From assembly GCA_964342295.1 (NCBI GenBank), contig CAYFFC010000001.1, positions 72,453 through 136,452 of the forward strand: a DNA stretch of 64,000 bases, read 5' to 3'. The position numbers and the translations under genes are program-made. A model generated the notes under the pieces. It was not told the origin of the DNA and ran no database searches. It saw only the letters and a program-made list of their open reading frames with translations. Position 1 is the stretch's first letter; every line of letters starts with the position of its first letter. Shown here one piece after another: positions 10,237 through 20,389 of this stretch. The DNA is from an uncultured Lutibacter sp. (GTDB lineage: Bacteria > Bacteroidota > Bacteroidia > Flavobacteriales > Flavobacteriaceae).

Positions 10237-10329
10237 ATGCCAAGTGGTAAAAAGAGAAAAAGAGCAAAAATCTCTACGCATAAACGTAAAAAAAGAGCGA
10301 GAGCAAACAGACATAAAAAGAAAAAGTAA
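10237..10329 (+). CDS. 30S ribosomal protein bS22 (mS38/COX24-like, 30 aa); not in the ORF track
   Basis: Translates to MPSGKKRKRAKISTHKRKKRARANRHKKKK*, which I recognise as the Bacteroidetes bS22 sequence pattern; followed directly by a terminator hairpin. Confidence 0.85.
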   Translation: MPSGKKRKRAKISTHKRKKRARANRHKKKK

Positions 10330-10349
10330 GCCCGGCTTACTTTTTCTTT
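10317..10349 (+). terminator. Intrinsic terminator after HU/bS22
   Basis: Perfect 15-bp inverted repeat aaagaaaaagtaagc-ccg-gcttactttttcttt overlapping the bS22 stop codon. Confidence 0.75.
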
Positions 10350-10468
10350 GTTATTAAAAGTTCATTGAAATAGATATTTGTACAACGCAAATATTGTTTG
10401 GATAAAAATCCTGTAAAACTAATTATAAATAGTTCATATTTTTTACATGAACATAAAACCAAATCAGA

Positions 10469-12016
10469 GTGAAAACAGAATTAATTATTAGATCACAGAA
10501 CTCTGATATTGATTTTGCCTTATTAAAAGATGGCAAGTTAAACGCACTAAACAAAGAAACAAACGGGAACAAATTCTCTGTTGGAGATATTTTTTTAGCT
10601 AAAATAGGCAAAGTGCTTTCCGGCTTAAATGCTTCCTTTGTAAATGTTGGTTATGAAAAAGATGGTTTTTTACACTATCATGATTTAGGTGCACAACTGT
10701 TATCTTTAAATAAATTTATAAAAGGTATAAGCACAGGTAAAATTAAAGATTACACTTTAAAAAACTTTAAATTAGAAAACGATATTGACAAAAATGGCAG
10801 TATTGTTAATGTTTTGAAAACAGGCCAAAATTTATTGGTTCAAATTGTTAAAGAACCTATTTCTACCAAAGGGCCGCGTATGAGTTCAGAAATTTCTATC
10901 GCCGGCAGGTATTTGGTACTGGTTCCTTTTTCAGACAGGGTCTCGGTTTCTCAAAAAATAAATGATCCAAAAGAAAAGGACAGACTTAAACGCTTGGTAA
11001 AAAGTATCAAGCCTAAAGGCTTTGGAGTAATTATTAGAACGGTAGCTTCAAATAAAAAAGTTGCTGATTTAGACAGAGACCTCCATAATTCATTAGAACG
11101 GTGGGTTGCTATGTGCAAAAAAATTAAAACTGTAAAAGCACAACAAACCCCAATTAAGGTACTGAGTGAATTAAACAGAGCTTCTTCTATTTTAAGAGAT
11201 TTGTTTAACGACTCTTTTACAAGCATTGTAACCAATGACGAAACCTTGTTTTTAGAAATTAAGGAGTATTTGCAAGAAATTGCTCCTAAAAAAGAATCTA
11301 TTGTAAAATTATACAAATCTAAAGTTCCGATTTTTGAAAAATTTGGAATAGAACGTCAAATTAAAACATCATTTGGCAAAACTGTTTCTATGAGTAAAGG
11401 AGCTTATTTGGTAATTGAACATACTGAAGCATTGCACGTAATTGATGTAAACAGCGGAAACCGATCTAACAAAGCTGCATCACAAGCAGATACTGCATTG
11501 GAAGTAAACTTAATTGCTGCATCTGAAATTGCAAGGCAATTACAATTACGTGATATGGGCGGTATTATTGTGGTAGATTTTATTGATATGCACTCGGCAG
11601 AGCACAGACAAAAGCTCTATGATCATTTAAGAACCGAAATGGCATTTGATAAAACAAAACACAAAATTTTGCCTCCAAGTAAATTTGGATTGGTTCAAAT
11701 TACCAGGCAAAGAGTACGTCCGGAATTGGTTATAAAAACCCAAGAGCCTAATCCAAGTGGATCCGGAGAGGTTGAAGCTCCAATAGTTTTAATTGAAAAA
11801 ATTGAAACTGAGTTGAGCAAACTAATTACAAAAAAGCATAAAAAAATTGTGTTAAATACACATCCTTTTATTGCAGCATACTTAAAACAAGGCATCCCTT
11901 CTTTACAGCAAAAATGGTTTGCCAAATACAAAAAGTGGATTAAAATTTTACCTAGAGATGCTTACCAATATTTACAATTTAATTTTACCAACGCAAAAGG
12001 TGAAATTATTAAGTAA
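10469..12016 (+). CDS. rng: Ribonuclease E/G family (RNase G-size)
   Basis: S1 domain (GLNASFVNVG, QIVKEPISTKGPR), IDVNSG, DMGGIIVVDFIDM; GTG start. Confidence 0.95.
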   Translation: MKTELIIRSQNSDIDFALLKDGKLNALNKETNGNKFSVGDIFLAKIGKVLSGLNASFVNVGYEKDGFLHYHDLGAQLLSLNKFIKGISTGKIKDYTLKNFKLENDIDKNGSIVNVLKTGQNLLVQIVKEPISTKGPRMSSEISIAGRYLVLVPFSDRVSVSQKINDPKEKDRLKRLVKSIKPKGFGVIIRTVASNKKVADLDRDLHNSLERWVAMCKKIKTVKAQQTPIKVLSELNRASSILRDLFNDSFTSIVTNDETLFLEIKEYLQEIAPKKESIVKLYKSKVPIFEKFGIERQIKTSFGKTVSMSKGAYLVIEHTEALHVIDVNSGNRSNKAASQADTALEVNLIAASEIARQLQLRDMGGIIVVDFIDMHSAEHRQKLYDHLRTEMAFDKTKHKILPPSKFGLVQITRQRVRPELVIKTQEPNPSGSGEVEAPIVLIEKIETELSKLITKKHKKIVLNTHPFIAAYLKQGIPSLQQKWFAKYKKWIKILPRDAYQYLQFNFTNAKGEIIK

Positions 12017-12036
12017 GGCAACTCACAATATCAAAT

Positions 12037-12072
12037 AAAAAAGTCCTGCCAAAGTGTGCAGGACTTTTTTTT
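12037..12072. terminator. Bidirectional intrinsic terminator (rng / patatin)
   Basis: aaaaaagtcctgc-N8-gcaggactttttt between convergent genes. Confidence 0.85.
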
Positions 12073-14290
12073 AAAACCAAAAACCTACATTAAAATACCA
12101 ATAATTCTCGTTATGGTCGGGAGACCAGGTATAATTAATTTCAACAGGTCCTAAAAACGTATCCAAACCATACCCTACCATATACCCTGACCGGGTATTT
12201 TCAAAAATTTTCCCTTCATTAAACAAATCTTTTTCAACCCTGCTATAATTAGCTGTTACCATAAGAAAATTCTTTTTAAAAAGCTCGTACCTAAACGTAA
12301 GTGCCGACCTTAAAAACGAAGTTGAGCTTAAGCTACCGTAATCATAACCATACATTGGTACAAATGTGTTTATAAAATTTTCGCCATATCCACCAACATT
12401 ATAATTTAATACCCTGTTTTCATTTTCTCCTAAGGTAATTCCGGCTTCTGATATGAAATGAAACGTTGCTTTATCAAAAAATGTATGAGCCAAACCGGCT
12501 TTACCCTTTAATTGTGAAAAGGGAACAAAATTCTTATTAAAATTAGAAGAAGCCATATACCATCGATAATCCATATTTAAATAAGCTCCTTTTTTTTGAA
12601 AATACTTTTTGTCGTAGGTATCTAATTTGATATATGAAATTAGGTTGAAATAATTTGAACGGTCAAAGTATAAACGACCGCTATTTTGTTGAAATTCATT
12701 ATTATTTTCAACCGTTGAAATGGTTTCAGTAAATGCCTTTATCCGCTTAAACTCGGCTCCCATTCCTACTGCAAACTTGTGGTTAAATACTGTTTGAAAA
12801 TAGATTTGATTAGTTAAATCTTCATACTCCAAATTAATTTTATTCACGTTGGCTTCATCAAAATTTACCTCTGCATTAAACGTGTTGTACCTCGATTTTA
12901 CACCAAAACTCCAGTAAAATCCATTATCAATAAAATAATTAAAATTATACCTTACGTTGTCACCTAAAATTAAATCGGCAGAGAGTACATCATTGTTAAA
13001 TAAAACATGTTTAGCGGTTGCGTTTACCAAAATTCCTGTTTTATACAAGTCGTCATAATGCACTGCTAATTTCAAAAAATTCGGCACTCTATGTTCCTTC
13101 ACCTTAAATTTAATTACACTGCCATTATCTTCATTTTCAATTTTGTATTGAACAATATCAAAATTACCGGTTGCCGACAAATTGTTTACACTTTGAACCA
13201 ACCGTTGGTAGCTGGTTGTGTCTTTCCTTTTTAAATTTAATTTTCCTAAAATATAAGCTCTGGTGTAGTGTTTGTTACCCTCAATTTCAATTCTTTTAAT
13301 ATGAAATTTTTGCACGTATGATAAATCTACTTTTGGTTTGGTATTTTTCTTTTGGCAATTTGCAATAGCCTCTAACTTTTGGTACTGTTTTCGTGCTGCA
13401 ATATCACCTTCTTTCATAATTTCATCAATTTTATCAAATGAAATTACGTTGTATTCTCTCATATTTGGTTGAATTAATACATCAGAATTTTCATATTTAG
13501 CATCAAGCGTTTTATACATTTGAAAACCAACAATTTGATTCAATATATCCAAGGCCGAATCCATTTCTTCTTTTGAATCCAATCCGCTTTGCATATCTAC
13601 TCCTATTACAATATCTGCCCCCATTTTTTTAACTTCATTTACCGGAAAATTATTTACAATTCCGCCATCGGTTAAAAGTTTGCCATTAATTTCAACCGGA
13701 GCCAATAATGTTGGAAATGAACCACTTGCTTTAACTGCTTCGGGTAAAAAACCTGATTTTAGAACTTCTTGCCTGCCTGTTTCTAAATTGGTTGCAATAC
13801 AAATAAAGGGAATGGGAAGCTTACTAAAATCGTTTATATTGTTTACGTGTTGCGTTAATTTGGTTAATAAATTAAGTACATTTTGACCTTCGGCAAGGGC
13901 AATGGGAATTCCAACTTTTTTATTTTTTATAGGTAACGTAACAGCATATATTTCACCACTCTCTTTCTCATAAAACGGTTTCGCATTACGCGGAAGTACA
14001 TCAGTTAAAACTTTATCAAATTTAATGGAATGTACTATAGAGTCTATTTGATGTGCATTGTAACCTGATGCGTACATAGCACCAATTATTGCCCCCATAC
14101 TGGTACCACCAATATAATCAACCCTAACACCTACTTCTTCCAATACTTTTAAAACAGCCACATGCGCTAAACCTTTAGCTCCGCCTCCACTTAAAACCAA
14201 ACCTACTTTTACATCAATAGTGTCTTGACTTGTTTGAGAAAAAGCAAAAACAGTTAAAAACAAACAAATATGTACTACAATTTTTTTCAT
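12071..14290 (-). CDS. Patatin-like phospholipase with POTRA and Omp85-like barrel (PlpD/type Vd-like)
   Basis: Signal peptide, GGGAKG, GTSMG, DGG; C-terminal beta-strands ending FNVGFWF. Confidence 0.88.
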   Translation of the reverse strand: MKKIVVHICLFLTVFAFSQTSQDTIDVKVGLVLSGGGAKGLAHVAVLKVLEEVGVRVDYIGGTSMGAIIGAMYASGYNAHQIDSIVHSIKFDKVLTDVLPRNAKPFYEKESGEIYAVTLPIKNKKVGIPIALAEGQNVLNLLTKLTQHVNNINDFSKLPIPFICIATNLETGRQEVLKSGFLPEAVKASGSFPTLLAPVEINGKLLTDGGIVNNFPVNEVKKMGADIVIGVDMQSGLDSKEEMDSALDILNQIVGFQMYKTLDAKYENSDVLIQPNMREYNVISFDKIDEIMKEGDIAARKQYQKLEAIANCQKKNTKPKVDLSYVQKFHIKRIEIEGNKHYTRAYILGKLNLKRKDTTSYQRLVQSVNNLSATGNFDIVQYKIENEDNGSVIKFKVKEHRVPNFLKLAVHYDDLYKTGILVNATAKHVLFNNDVLSADLILGDNVRYNFNYFIDNGFYWSFGVKSRYNTFNAEVNFDEANVNKINLEYEDLTNQIYFQTVFNHKFAVGMGAEFKRIKAFTETISTVENNNEFQQNSGRLYFDRSNYFNLISYIKLDTYDKKYFQKKGAYLNMDYRWYMASSNFNKNFVPFSQLKGKAGLAHTFFDKATFHFISEAGITLGENENRVLNYNVGGYGENFINTFVPMYGYDYGSLSSTSFLRSALTFRYELFKKNFLMVTANYSRVEKDLFNEGKIFENTRSGYMVGYGLDTFLGPVEINYTWSPDHNENYWYFNVGFWF

Positions 14291-16080
14291 TCAGATTTTT
14301 GTTGCTGATAATAATTATAAATCTTTAATGCCTTGCTTTTTCCAATAACAGCTGTTATTTGCTCAAGCGATGCCTGCGCAACACGTTTTGCCGATTTAAA
14401 ATGCTTTAATAAAGATACAACAGTTTGTTCGCCTATCCCAGAAATTTGTTCCAATTCGTTAGTAATGGCACTTTTGCTTCTTTTATTTCTATGATGTGTA
14501 ATTCCAAATCGATGGGCTTCATTCCGCAAGTATTGAATAATTTTTAAGGTTTCCGATTTTTTATCTAAGTAAAGCGGTATGGAATCGTTCGGATAATAAA
14601 TTTCTTCCAGTCGTTTTGCAATACCAATAATGGCAATTTTATTGCGTAAACCTAAAACATCCAAACTTTTTACAGCCGATGAAAGCTGACCTTTTCCTCC
14701 ATCAATTACAATAAGTTGGGGTAAACTTTTGTCTTCATCCAACAACCGCTTATAACGCCTAAAAACCACCTCCTCCATAGAAGCAAAATCATCTGGACCG
14801 GTAACGGTTTTTATATTAAAATGCCTGTATTCTTTTTTGCTGGGTTTGCCATTTTTAAAAACTACACAGGCCGCAACCGGATTAGTACCCTGTATGTTTG
14901 AATTATCAAAACACTCTATATGCCTAGGTTCTGCTTGTAACCTTAAGTCCTTTTGCATTTGCACCATAATACGTTTTACATGCTTATCAGGGTCAACCAT
15001 TTTAAGTTGCTTAAATCGTTCTTGCCGATAGTATTTTGCATTTCTGATACTTAAATCAACTATACGTTTTTTGTCGCCCAATTTAGGAATGGTAACCTTA
15101 ATATTTTCACCCAAATCAACGTTAAAAGGCACATAAATTTCTTTGGATTGTGAGTTGAACCGGCGACGTATTTCTACAATTGCCAGTTCCAGTAATTCTT
15201 TATCGCTTTCGTTTAATTTCTTTTTAATTTCAGTGGTATGTGATTGAATGATAGCTCCATTTACAATTTTAAAAAAATTGATATAACTGTAACTTTCATC
15301 AGAAACAATTGAAAACACATCAAGGTTGGTAATTGATGGACTCACCACGGTGGATTTCGCTTGGTAATTTGACAGCAAGTCAATTTTTTCCTTTACTTTT
15401 TGCGCTTCTTCAAACTCCATTTTAGCAGCAAACTGCATCATTAAATTTGTAAATGTTTTTAATGATGCTTTAAAGTTTCCTTTAATAATGTTTTTTATGG
15501 CGCTAATATTTAAAATGTAACTCGCTTCGGTTTGTAAATTTTCACAAGGCCCTTGGCAGTTCCCGATATGGTAATCTAAGCATACCTTGTATTTTTTTTG
15601 CTCGATGTTTTTTTTGCTTAAATCGTAATTACATGACCGTAATTGGTATAATTCCTTTATTAAATCTAACAACGCTTTTGCAGTTCTAACTGAGGTATAA
15701 GGACCAAAATATTCCGATCCGTCTTTTATCACATTTCTAGTTAAAAAAACTCTAGGAAACCGCTCCTTCTTAATACAAATCCACGGGTATGTTTTGTCAT
15801 CTTTCAGCATAACATTGTATCGTGGTTGGTATTTTTTAATCAGGTTATTTTCAAGCAATAATGCATCGGTTTCGGTATCAACAACAATATGCTTTATGTT
15901 CGCAATTTTTTTTACCAATACTTTGGTTTTGCCACTATCGTGGTTTTTAGTAAAATAGGAAGCTACCCTTTTTTTAAGGTTTTTGGCTTTCCCAACATAC
16001 AGCAGCTTGTTATCTTTATCGTAGTATTGGTAAACTCCCGGTTTTATGGGCAATGTTTTTATTTGAATCTGTAGCTCCAA
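14287..16080 (-). CDS. uvrC: Excinuclease ABC subunit C
   Basis: PGVYQY, YVGKAKNLKKRV, ECFDNSN, IDGGKGQL, RNEAHRF, HhH tail. Confidence 0.97.
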   Translation of the reverse strand: MELQIQIKTLPIKPGVYQYYDKDNKLLYVGKAKNLKKRVASYFTKNHDSGKTKVLVKKIANIKHIVVDTETDALLLENNLIKKYQPRYNVMLKDDKTYPWICIKKERFPRVFLTRNVIKDGSEYFGPYTSVRTAKALLDLIKELYQLRSCNYDLSKKNIEQKKYKVCLDYHIGNCQGPCENLQTEASYILNISAIKNIIKGNFKASLKTFTNLMMQFAAKMEFEEAQKVKEKIDLLSNYQAKSTVVSPSITNLDVFSIVSDESYSYINFFKIVNGAIIQSHTTEIKKKLNESDKELLELAIVEIRRRFNSQSKEIYVPFNVDLGENIKVTIPKLGDKKRIVDLSIRNAKYYRQERFKQLKMVDPDKHVKRIMVQMQKDLRLQAEPRHIECFDNSNIQGTNPVAACVVFKNGKPSKKEYRHFNIKTVTGPDDFASMEEVVFRRYKRLLDEDKSLPQLIVIDGGKGQLSSAVKSLDVLGLRNKIAIIGIAKRLEEIYYPNDSIPLYLDKKSETLKIIQYLRNEAHRFGITHHRNKRSKSAITNELEQISGIGEQTVVSLLKHFKSAKRVAQASLEQITAVIGKSKALKIYNYYQQQKSE

Positions 16081-16225
16081 TGAATGCTTTTTATTTAAAA
16101 TCTAAAAATAGTATTTTTTTTGGTTTGTAAATTTTGTTAATTATTTAAAGGTTAAAATTAATTAACAATAAAACCTTACTTTTGCCAAAATTTTAAAACG
16201 ACAACTTTCATTTAAAATTATACCA

Positions 16226-17455
16226 ATGAAGTACTGGAAAAAATATTCAAAAGAAAAGCTTATACAAAAAATTGATGATGCCTTGGAATCAACAATAGAT
16301 TTTCAAAAAAGTAAGTATTTAGGATATCCGGTTTCAAAACTCGATGAAAATGTATTTAATACCAGTGGCGCTTTTTTAAATGATTCCCCTTTATTAAAAT
16401 CGTTTATTGCAAACCCAAACAATATTGGTTGTCATACACTGGGAAAATCGGAAGAAGCCTTTAAGGGCTCTCAAGAATTGGAAAAAGAAGTAATAAAAGT
16501 ATTGGCTGTCGATATTTTTAAAGCTAATGAAACTGAATACGACGGTTATATTGCAACAGGTGGAACCGAAGCCAACATACAGGCGCTGTGGATTTACCGA
16601 AATTTTTTTAAAAAACAGTTCAATGCTTCTTTAAATGAAATGGTTATTCTTTCATCTGAAGACACCCATTATTCTGTTTACAAAGGAGCTAACTTGTTAA
16701 GTGTCGAAAATGTTAGCATTCCGGTCGATTTTAATTCAAGAGATATTATAGTTGAAGAATTGGATGCTATTGTTCAAAAACTTGTTTCCGAAGGGAAAAA
16801 ATATTTTATGGTAATTAGTAATATGGCTACTACCATGTTTGGTTCTGTTGACAACCCGGATGTTTACGCATCGGTTTTACAAAAACACCAAGTTGAATTT
16901 AAAATTCACATAGATGGTGCATTTGGCGGATTTATTTACCCTATCAGTAATAAAAAATCTACCATAAATTTTGAAAACTCACATGTTTCCTCTATTACTA
17001 TTGATGCTCATAAAATGCTCCAAGCTCCTTACGGAACCGGTGTGTTTTTATGCAGAAAAGGACTTATTGAAAATGTACTTACCAAAGAAGCACAATATGT
17101 TGATGGCATGGATTTAACAATGGTTGGTAGCCGGTCAGGAGCAAACGCCATTGCAGTTTGGATGATTTTATTTAGCTATGGTTACTACGGCTGGTTTGAA
17201 AAAATAAACACCCTTTTGTTGCGTACCGAATGGTTTTGCAAACAACTGAACGATTTAAATATTGAATATTTTAGAGATCCGTTTATGAATATTGTAACCA
17301 TTAAATCGCAGTATGTTCCTAAAAACTTATCCCAAAAATACGGACTGGTTCCCGAAACTCATGATGGCAATAACCAATGGTACAAGGTAATTATGATGAG
17401 CCATGTTGAGATAGATGACTTGCTTAAGTTTGTAAACGAATTGAAAGCTATTTAG
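16226..17455 (+). CDS. PLP-dependent group II amino-acid decarboxylase (histidine/aspartate decarboxylase-like); substrate unknown
   Basis: GGTEANI, HYSVYKGA, HIDGAFGG, DAHKM (PLP lysine), GSRSG; -7 element TACTTTTG at 16177-16184. Confidence 0.85.
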   Translation: MKYWKKYSKEKLIQKIDDALESTIDFQKSKYLGYPVSKLDENVFNTSGAFLNDSPLLKSFIANPNNIGCHTLGKSEEAFKGSQELEKEVIKVLAVDIFKANETEYDGYIATGGTEANIQALWIYRNFFKKQFNASLNEMVILSSEDTHYSVYKGANLLSVENVSIPVDFNSRDIIVEELDAIVQKLVSEGKKYFMVISNMATTMFGSVDNPDVYASVLQKHQVEFKIHIDGAFGGFIYPISNKKSTINFENSHVSSITIDAHKMLQAPYGTGVFLCRKGLIENVLTKEAQYVDGMDLTMVGSRSGANAIAVWMILFSYGYYGWFEKINTLLLRTEWFCKQLNDLNIEYFRDPFMNIVTIKSQYVPKNLSQKYGLVPETHDGNNQWYKVIMMSHVEIDDLLKFVNELKAI

Positions 17456-17501
17456 TTAAGAACCTTATAAAACGGTACAACAGTTGTTTTAAAATAATAA
17501 A

Positions 17502-17903
17502 CTAACCTGCGTCCTGACACAACTCAATTAATACTCCATTGGTTGATTTTGGATGTAAAAATACAACCAGTTTATTATCAGCTCCTTTTTTAGGTGTTTC
17601 GTTTAAAACAATAAACCCTTCATTTTTTAATCTATCAACTTCACTTAAAATATCATCAACAGCAAAGGCTATATGGTGTATGCCTTCGCCTTTTTTTGCA
17701 ATAAATTTAGATATTGGACTATTTTCATCAGTACCTTCCAAAAGTTCTATTTTATTTGGTCCGGCTTCAAAAAACGATGTTTTTACACCTTCACTTTCTA
17801 CTGCTTCTATTTTATAATGTGGTTTGCCAAATAATTTTGCAAACAACTCATTTGATTTATCCAAATCTTTTACTGCAATCCCTATATGTTCTATCTTATT
17901 CAT
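17502..17903 (-). CDS. mce: Methylmalonyl-CoA epimerase
   Basis: IEHIGIAV, KIELLE, EGIHHIAF, FLHPKSTNGVLIELCQ; start taken at MNKIEH. Confidence 0.92.
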   Translation of the reverse strand: MNKIEHIGIAVKDLDKSNELFAKLFGKPHYKIEAVESEGVKTSFFEAGPNKIELLEGTDENSPISKFIAKKGEGIHHIAFAVDDILSEVDRLKNEGFIVLNETPKKGADNKLVVFLHPKSTNGVLIELCQDAG

Positions 17904-18048
17904 TTTATAAAATATCAAAAATTAAATATCAAAAATAATCAATAAAAAAGGTTCAATATCTGCAAAATGTCATATTTTAAAAAAACAACTAATACAATTT
18001 ATTTTTTGAACAATTTAATGAAACTTTATAAGTTGAATATTTATATGC

Positions 18049-18056
18049 TATTTTTG
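18049..18056 (+). promoter_or_regulatory. -7 element only 4 nt before the rbfA ATG (probable leaderless or very short leader)
   Basis: TATTTTTG-CACT-ATG. Confidence 0.55.
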
Positions 18057-18060
18057 CACT

Positions 18061-18453
18061 ATGGAAACGAACAGACAAAGAAAAATAGCCGGAGTTTTAC
18101 AAAAAGACCTGGCAGAAATATTACAACATGCGGCTAAAGATGGAATGAAAGGCGTTATTATTTCTGTTACAAAAGTTCATGTAACAACCGATTTGTCGCA
18201 GGCTAAAGTTTATTTAAGCATTTTTCCGCAGCTTAAACGAAACATTTTAATTGAAGGTATAAAATCAAATACAGCATCTATTAGACATGAATTGGCAAAA
18301 CGTACACGAGAACAGTTGCGAAGAATGCCTGACCTTTCATTTTATATTGATGACAGTTTGGATTATATTGAAGATATTGAAAGTGCATTAAAAGGAGAAA
18401 AAGAAAATCCGATTAAAAATCCCGATATTTTAGACAAACGTCAAAAAAGATAA
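18061..18453 (+). CDS. rbfA: Ribosome-binding factor A
   Basis: RQRKIAGVLQKDL, DLSQAKVYLS, LRRMPDLSFYIDDS. Confidence 0.96.
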   Translation: METNRQRKIAGVLQKDLAEILQHAAKDGMKGVIISVTKVHVTTDLSQAKVYLSIFPQLKRNILIEGIKSNTASIRHELAKRTREQLRRMPDLSFYIDDSLDYIEDIESALKGEKENPIKNPDILDKRQKR

Positions 18454-18454
18454 C

Positions 18455-19657
18455 TTGAATATTTCTGCATACATAGCTAAGCGTTACCTTTTTTCTAAAA
18501 GTAGCAACAATACTATAAATATTATAACATTAATTGCTGCTGCCGGAGTAATTATTGGCTCAATGGCTTTGTTTATAGTGCTATCGGGCTTTACCGGTTT
18601 ACGAGCTTTTAGTATCGGGTTTTTAAACACTGCAGACCCCGATATAAAAATAACTGCCGTTAAGGGAAAGTCTTTTTTATTTTCTGAAGAAATTCAACAG
18701 CAAATTGAACAAGTAGAAGGCATTATTTCTTACAGCAAAATAATTGAAGAACGCGCCTTTTTTGATTTTAATCAAAAAACTCATATTGCCTATATTAAAG
18801 GTGTTGACTCTAATTTCGTAAACGTTAACAGCCTTGATACAACAGTTTATGCCGGTACCTGGCTAGATAAAAATATTCCACTGGGGGCTGTTGTTGGAAA
18901 CGGAATTTCAGAAATTTTATCGGTTGGAGTTTTTGAATTTGTTGAACCCTTAAAAATTTATGTTCCAAAACCCGGAAAAGGTTACATTACCAATCCAAAA
19001 AATGCTTTTAGTAAAATTAATACGCAGCCTATTGGTATTTTTGCCTTAACAGAAGAAATTGATAAAAAATATACCTTTATAAGTTTAGAACTTGCACAGC
19101 AACTTTTAAACTACAAACCAAATCAAATATCTGCCATTGAAATTAAAATAGATTCTTTATCAAAAAGCCAAACTGTTATTGATAATTTAACCTTAAGCCT
19201 TGGTAACAATTTTTCGGTAAAATCAAGAGAACAACAAAATGCGGTTTTTTACAAAATGTTAAATACTGAAAATTTGGCCTCATACCTAATTTTTACATTA
19301 ATTGTAATTATTGCCTTGTTTAATGTTATTGGGGCTATAATAATGATGATTATAGATAAAAGAGACAATTTAAAAACCTTGTACAACTTAGGAGCCACCA
19401 TAAAAGATATTAAACGTATTTTTATATTACAGGGATTTTTACTTACCTCTGCCGGCCTTTTTATTGGTCTTTTTTTAGGAATTTTTATTGTGCTGTTACA
19501 AAAAAAGTTTTCGTTTTTTATGATAACACCACATTTGGCTTACCCGGTTGAATTTACCTATTTTAATGTGTTTGCAGTGGTAGTTACCTTGTTAACATTA
19601 GGGTATTTTGCTTCTAAAATAGCGAGTAGCAGAATTTCAGAAAAACTAATTGCGTAA
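18455..19657 (+). CDS. LolC/E (FtsX-like) ABC permease
   Basis: YIAKRYL, SGFTG, periplasmic domain, LIVIIALFNVIG, three C-terminal TM helices. Confidence 0.88.
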   Translation: MNISAYIAKRYLFSKSSNNTINIITLIAAAGVIIGSMALFIVLSGFTGLRAFSIGFLNTADPDIKITAVKGKSFLFSEEIQQQIEQVEGIISYSKIIEERAFFDFNQKTHIAYIKGVDSNFVNVNSLDTTVYAGTWLDKNIPLGAVVGNGISEILSVGVFEFVEPLKIYVPKPGKGYITNPKNAFSKINTQPIGIFALTEEIDKKYTFISLELAQQLLNYKPNQISAIEIKIDSLSKSQTVIDNLTLSLGNNFSVKSREQQNAVFYKMLNTENLASYLIFTLIVIIALFNVIGAIIMMIIDKRDNLKTLYNLGATIKDIKRIFILQGFLLTSAGLFIGLFLGIFIVLLQKKFSFFMITPHLAYPVEFTYFNVFAVVVTLLTLGYFASKIASSRISEKLIA

Positions 19658-20380
19658 GTGTGGTTTTTTAAACAAGTACAAGGTGTTTTCTGAATCACTT
19701 ACAACGTAAATAGAATTTTTATAAACTGTTACCCCTTCAGCTTTTTTAACCGGAATGTTGTACAATTTTAGCAATGCTCCTTTTAAGGTAGTTTGGTAAA
19801 CTTGTTGCGATTCATCACTAACCACCCACAATGTTTTTGAAACTTCGTCAAAACTTATACCTGAAATATCTTTTGCAAAACCAATTTTTATTTTTTGTAT
19901 TAATCTACCCTTTACATCTAACAACAACAGTTGTTTAGGCTTCTTTTCATTTATTATATAAAATGTATGATTTTCACGAACAAAACACACTCCTTCCAAA
20001 CCGCTGTTTTTATGTTGTTGTTTGCCTTTTACATCAATTTTTTTTACAGCGTTTCCTTTGTTGTTTACCCTAAGTAATTTTCTGTTTTGCTCATTTACAA
20101 TCCATATACTTCCAGTTTCTTCTTCAATGGCAATTCCTTCAATATCTTTAAAGGGTGTTTTTATTTTTTCAATAATTGCACCTTTCAAATCGGTTTTAAA
20201 AATTGTACCATTGGCATCGCTTACTATATATAAATTATCATTGTGGTGTGTAATTCCGGATGGCTCAGGAATGGCAAGCATAAATGAGTTTATCAGTTCT
20301 AATTTATTTTGAGAATTTGATGTGCGCGTACATGACGCCAAAAAAAATGCAAAAATAGAAATGAGTATGTATTTTTTCAC
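19646..20380 (-). CDS. SdiA-regulated/YjiK-like beta-propeller lipoprotein
   Basis: Lipobox LASC; repeated EPSGI / DIEGI / GLEGV / DISGI / KAEGV blades. Confidence 0.7.
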   Translation of the reverse strand: MKKYILISIFAFFLASCTRTSNSQNKLELINSFMLAIPEPSGITHHNDNLYIVSDANGTIFKTDLKGAIIEKIKTPFKDIEGIAIEEETGSIWIVNEQNRKLLRVNNKGNAVKKIDVKGKQQHKNSGLEGVCFVRENHTFYIINEKKPKQLLLLDVKGRLIQKIKIGFAKDISGISFDEVSKTLWVVSDESQQVYQTTLKGALLKLYNIPVKKAEGVTVYKNSIYVVSDSENTLYLFKKPHLRN

Positions 20381-20389
20381 CTCAGAAAT

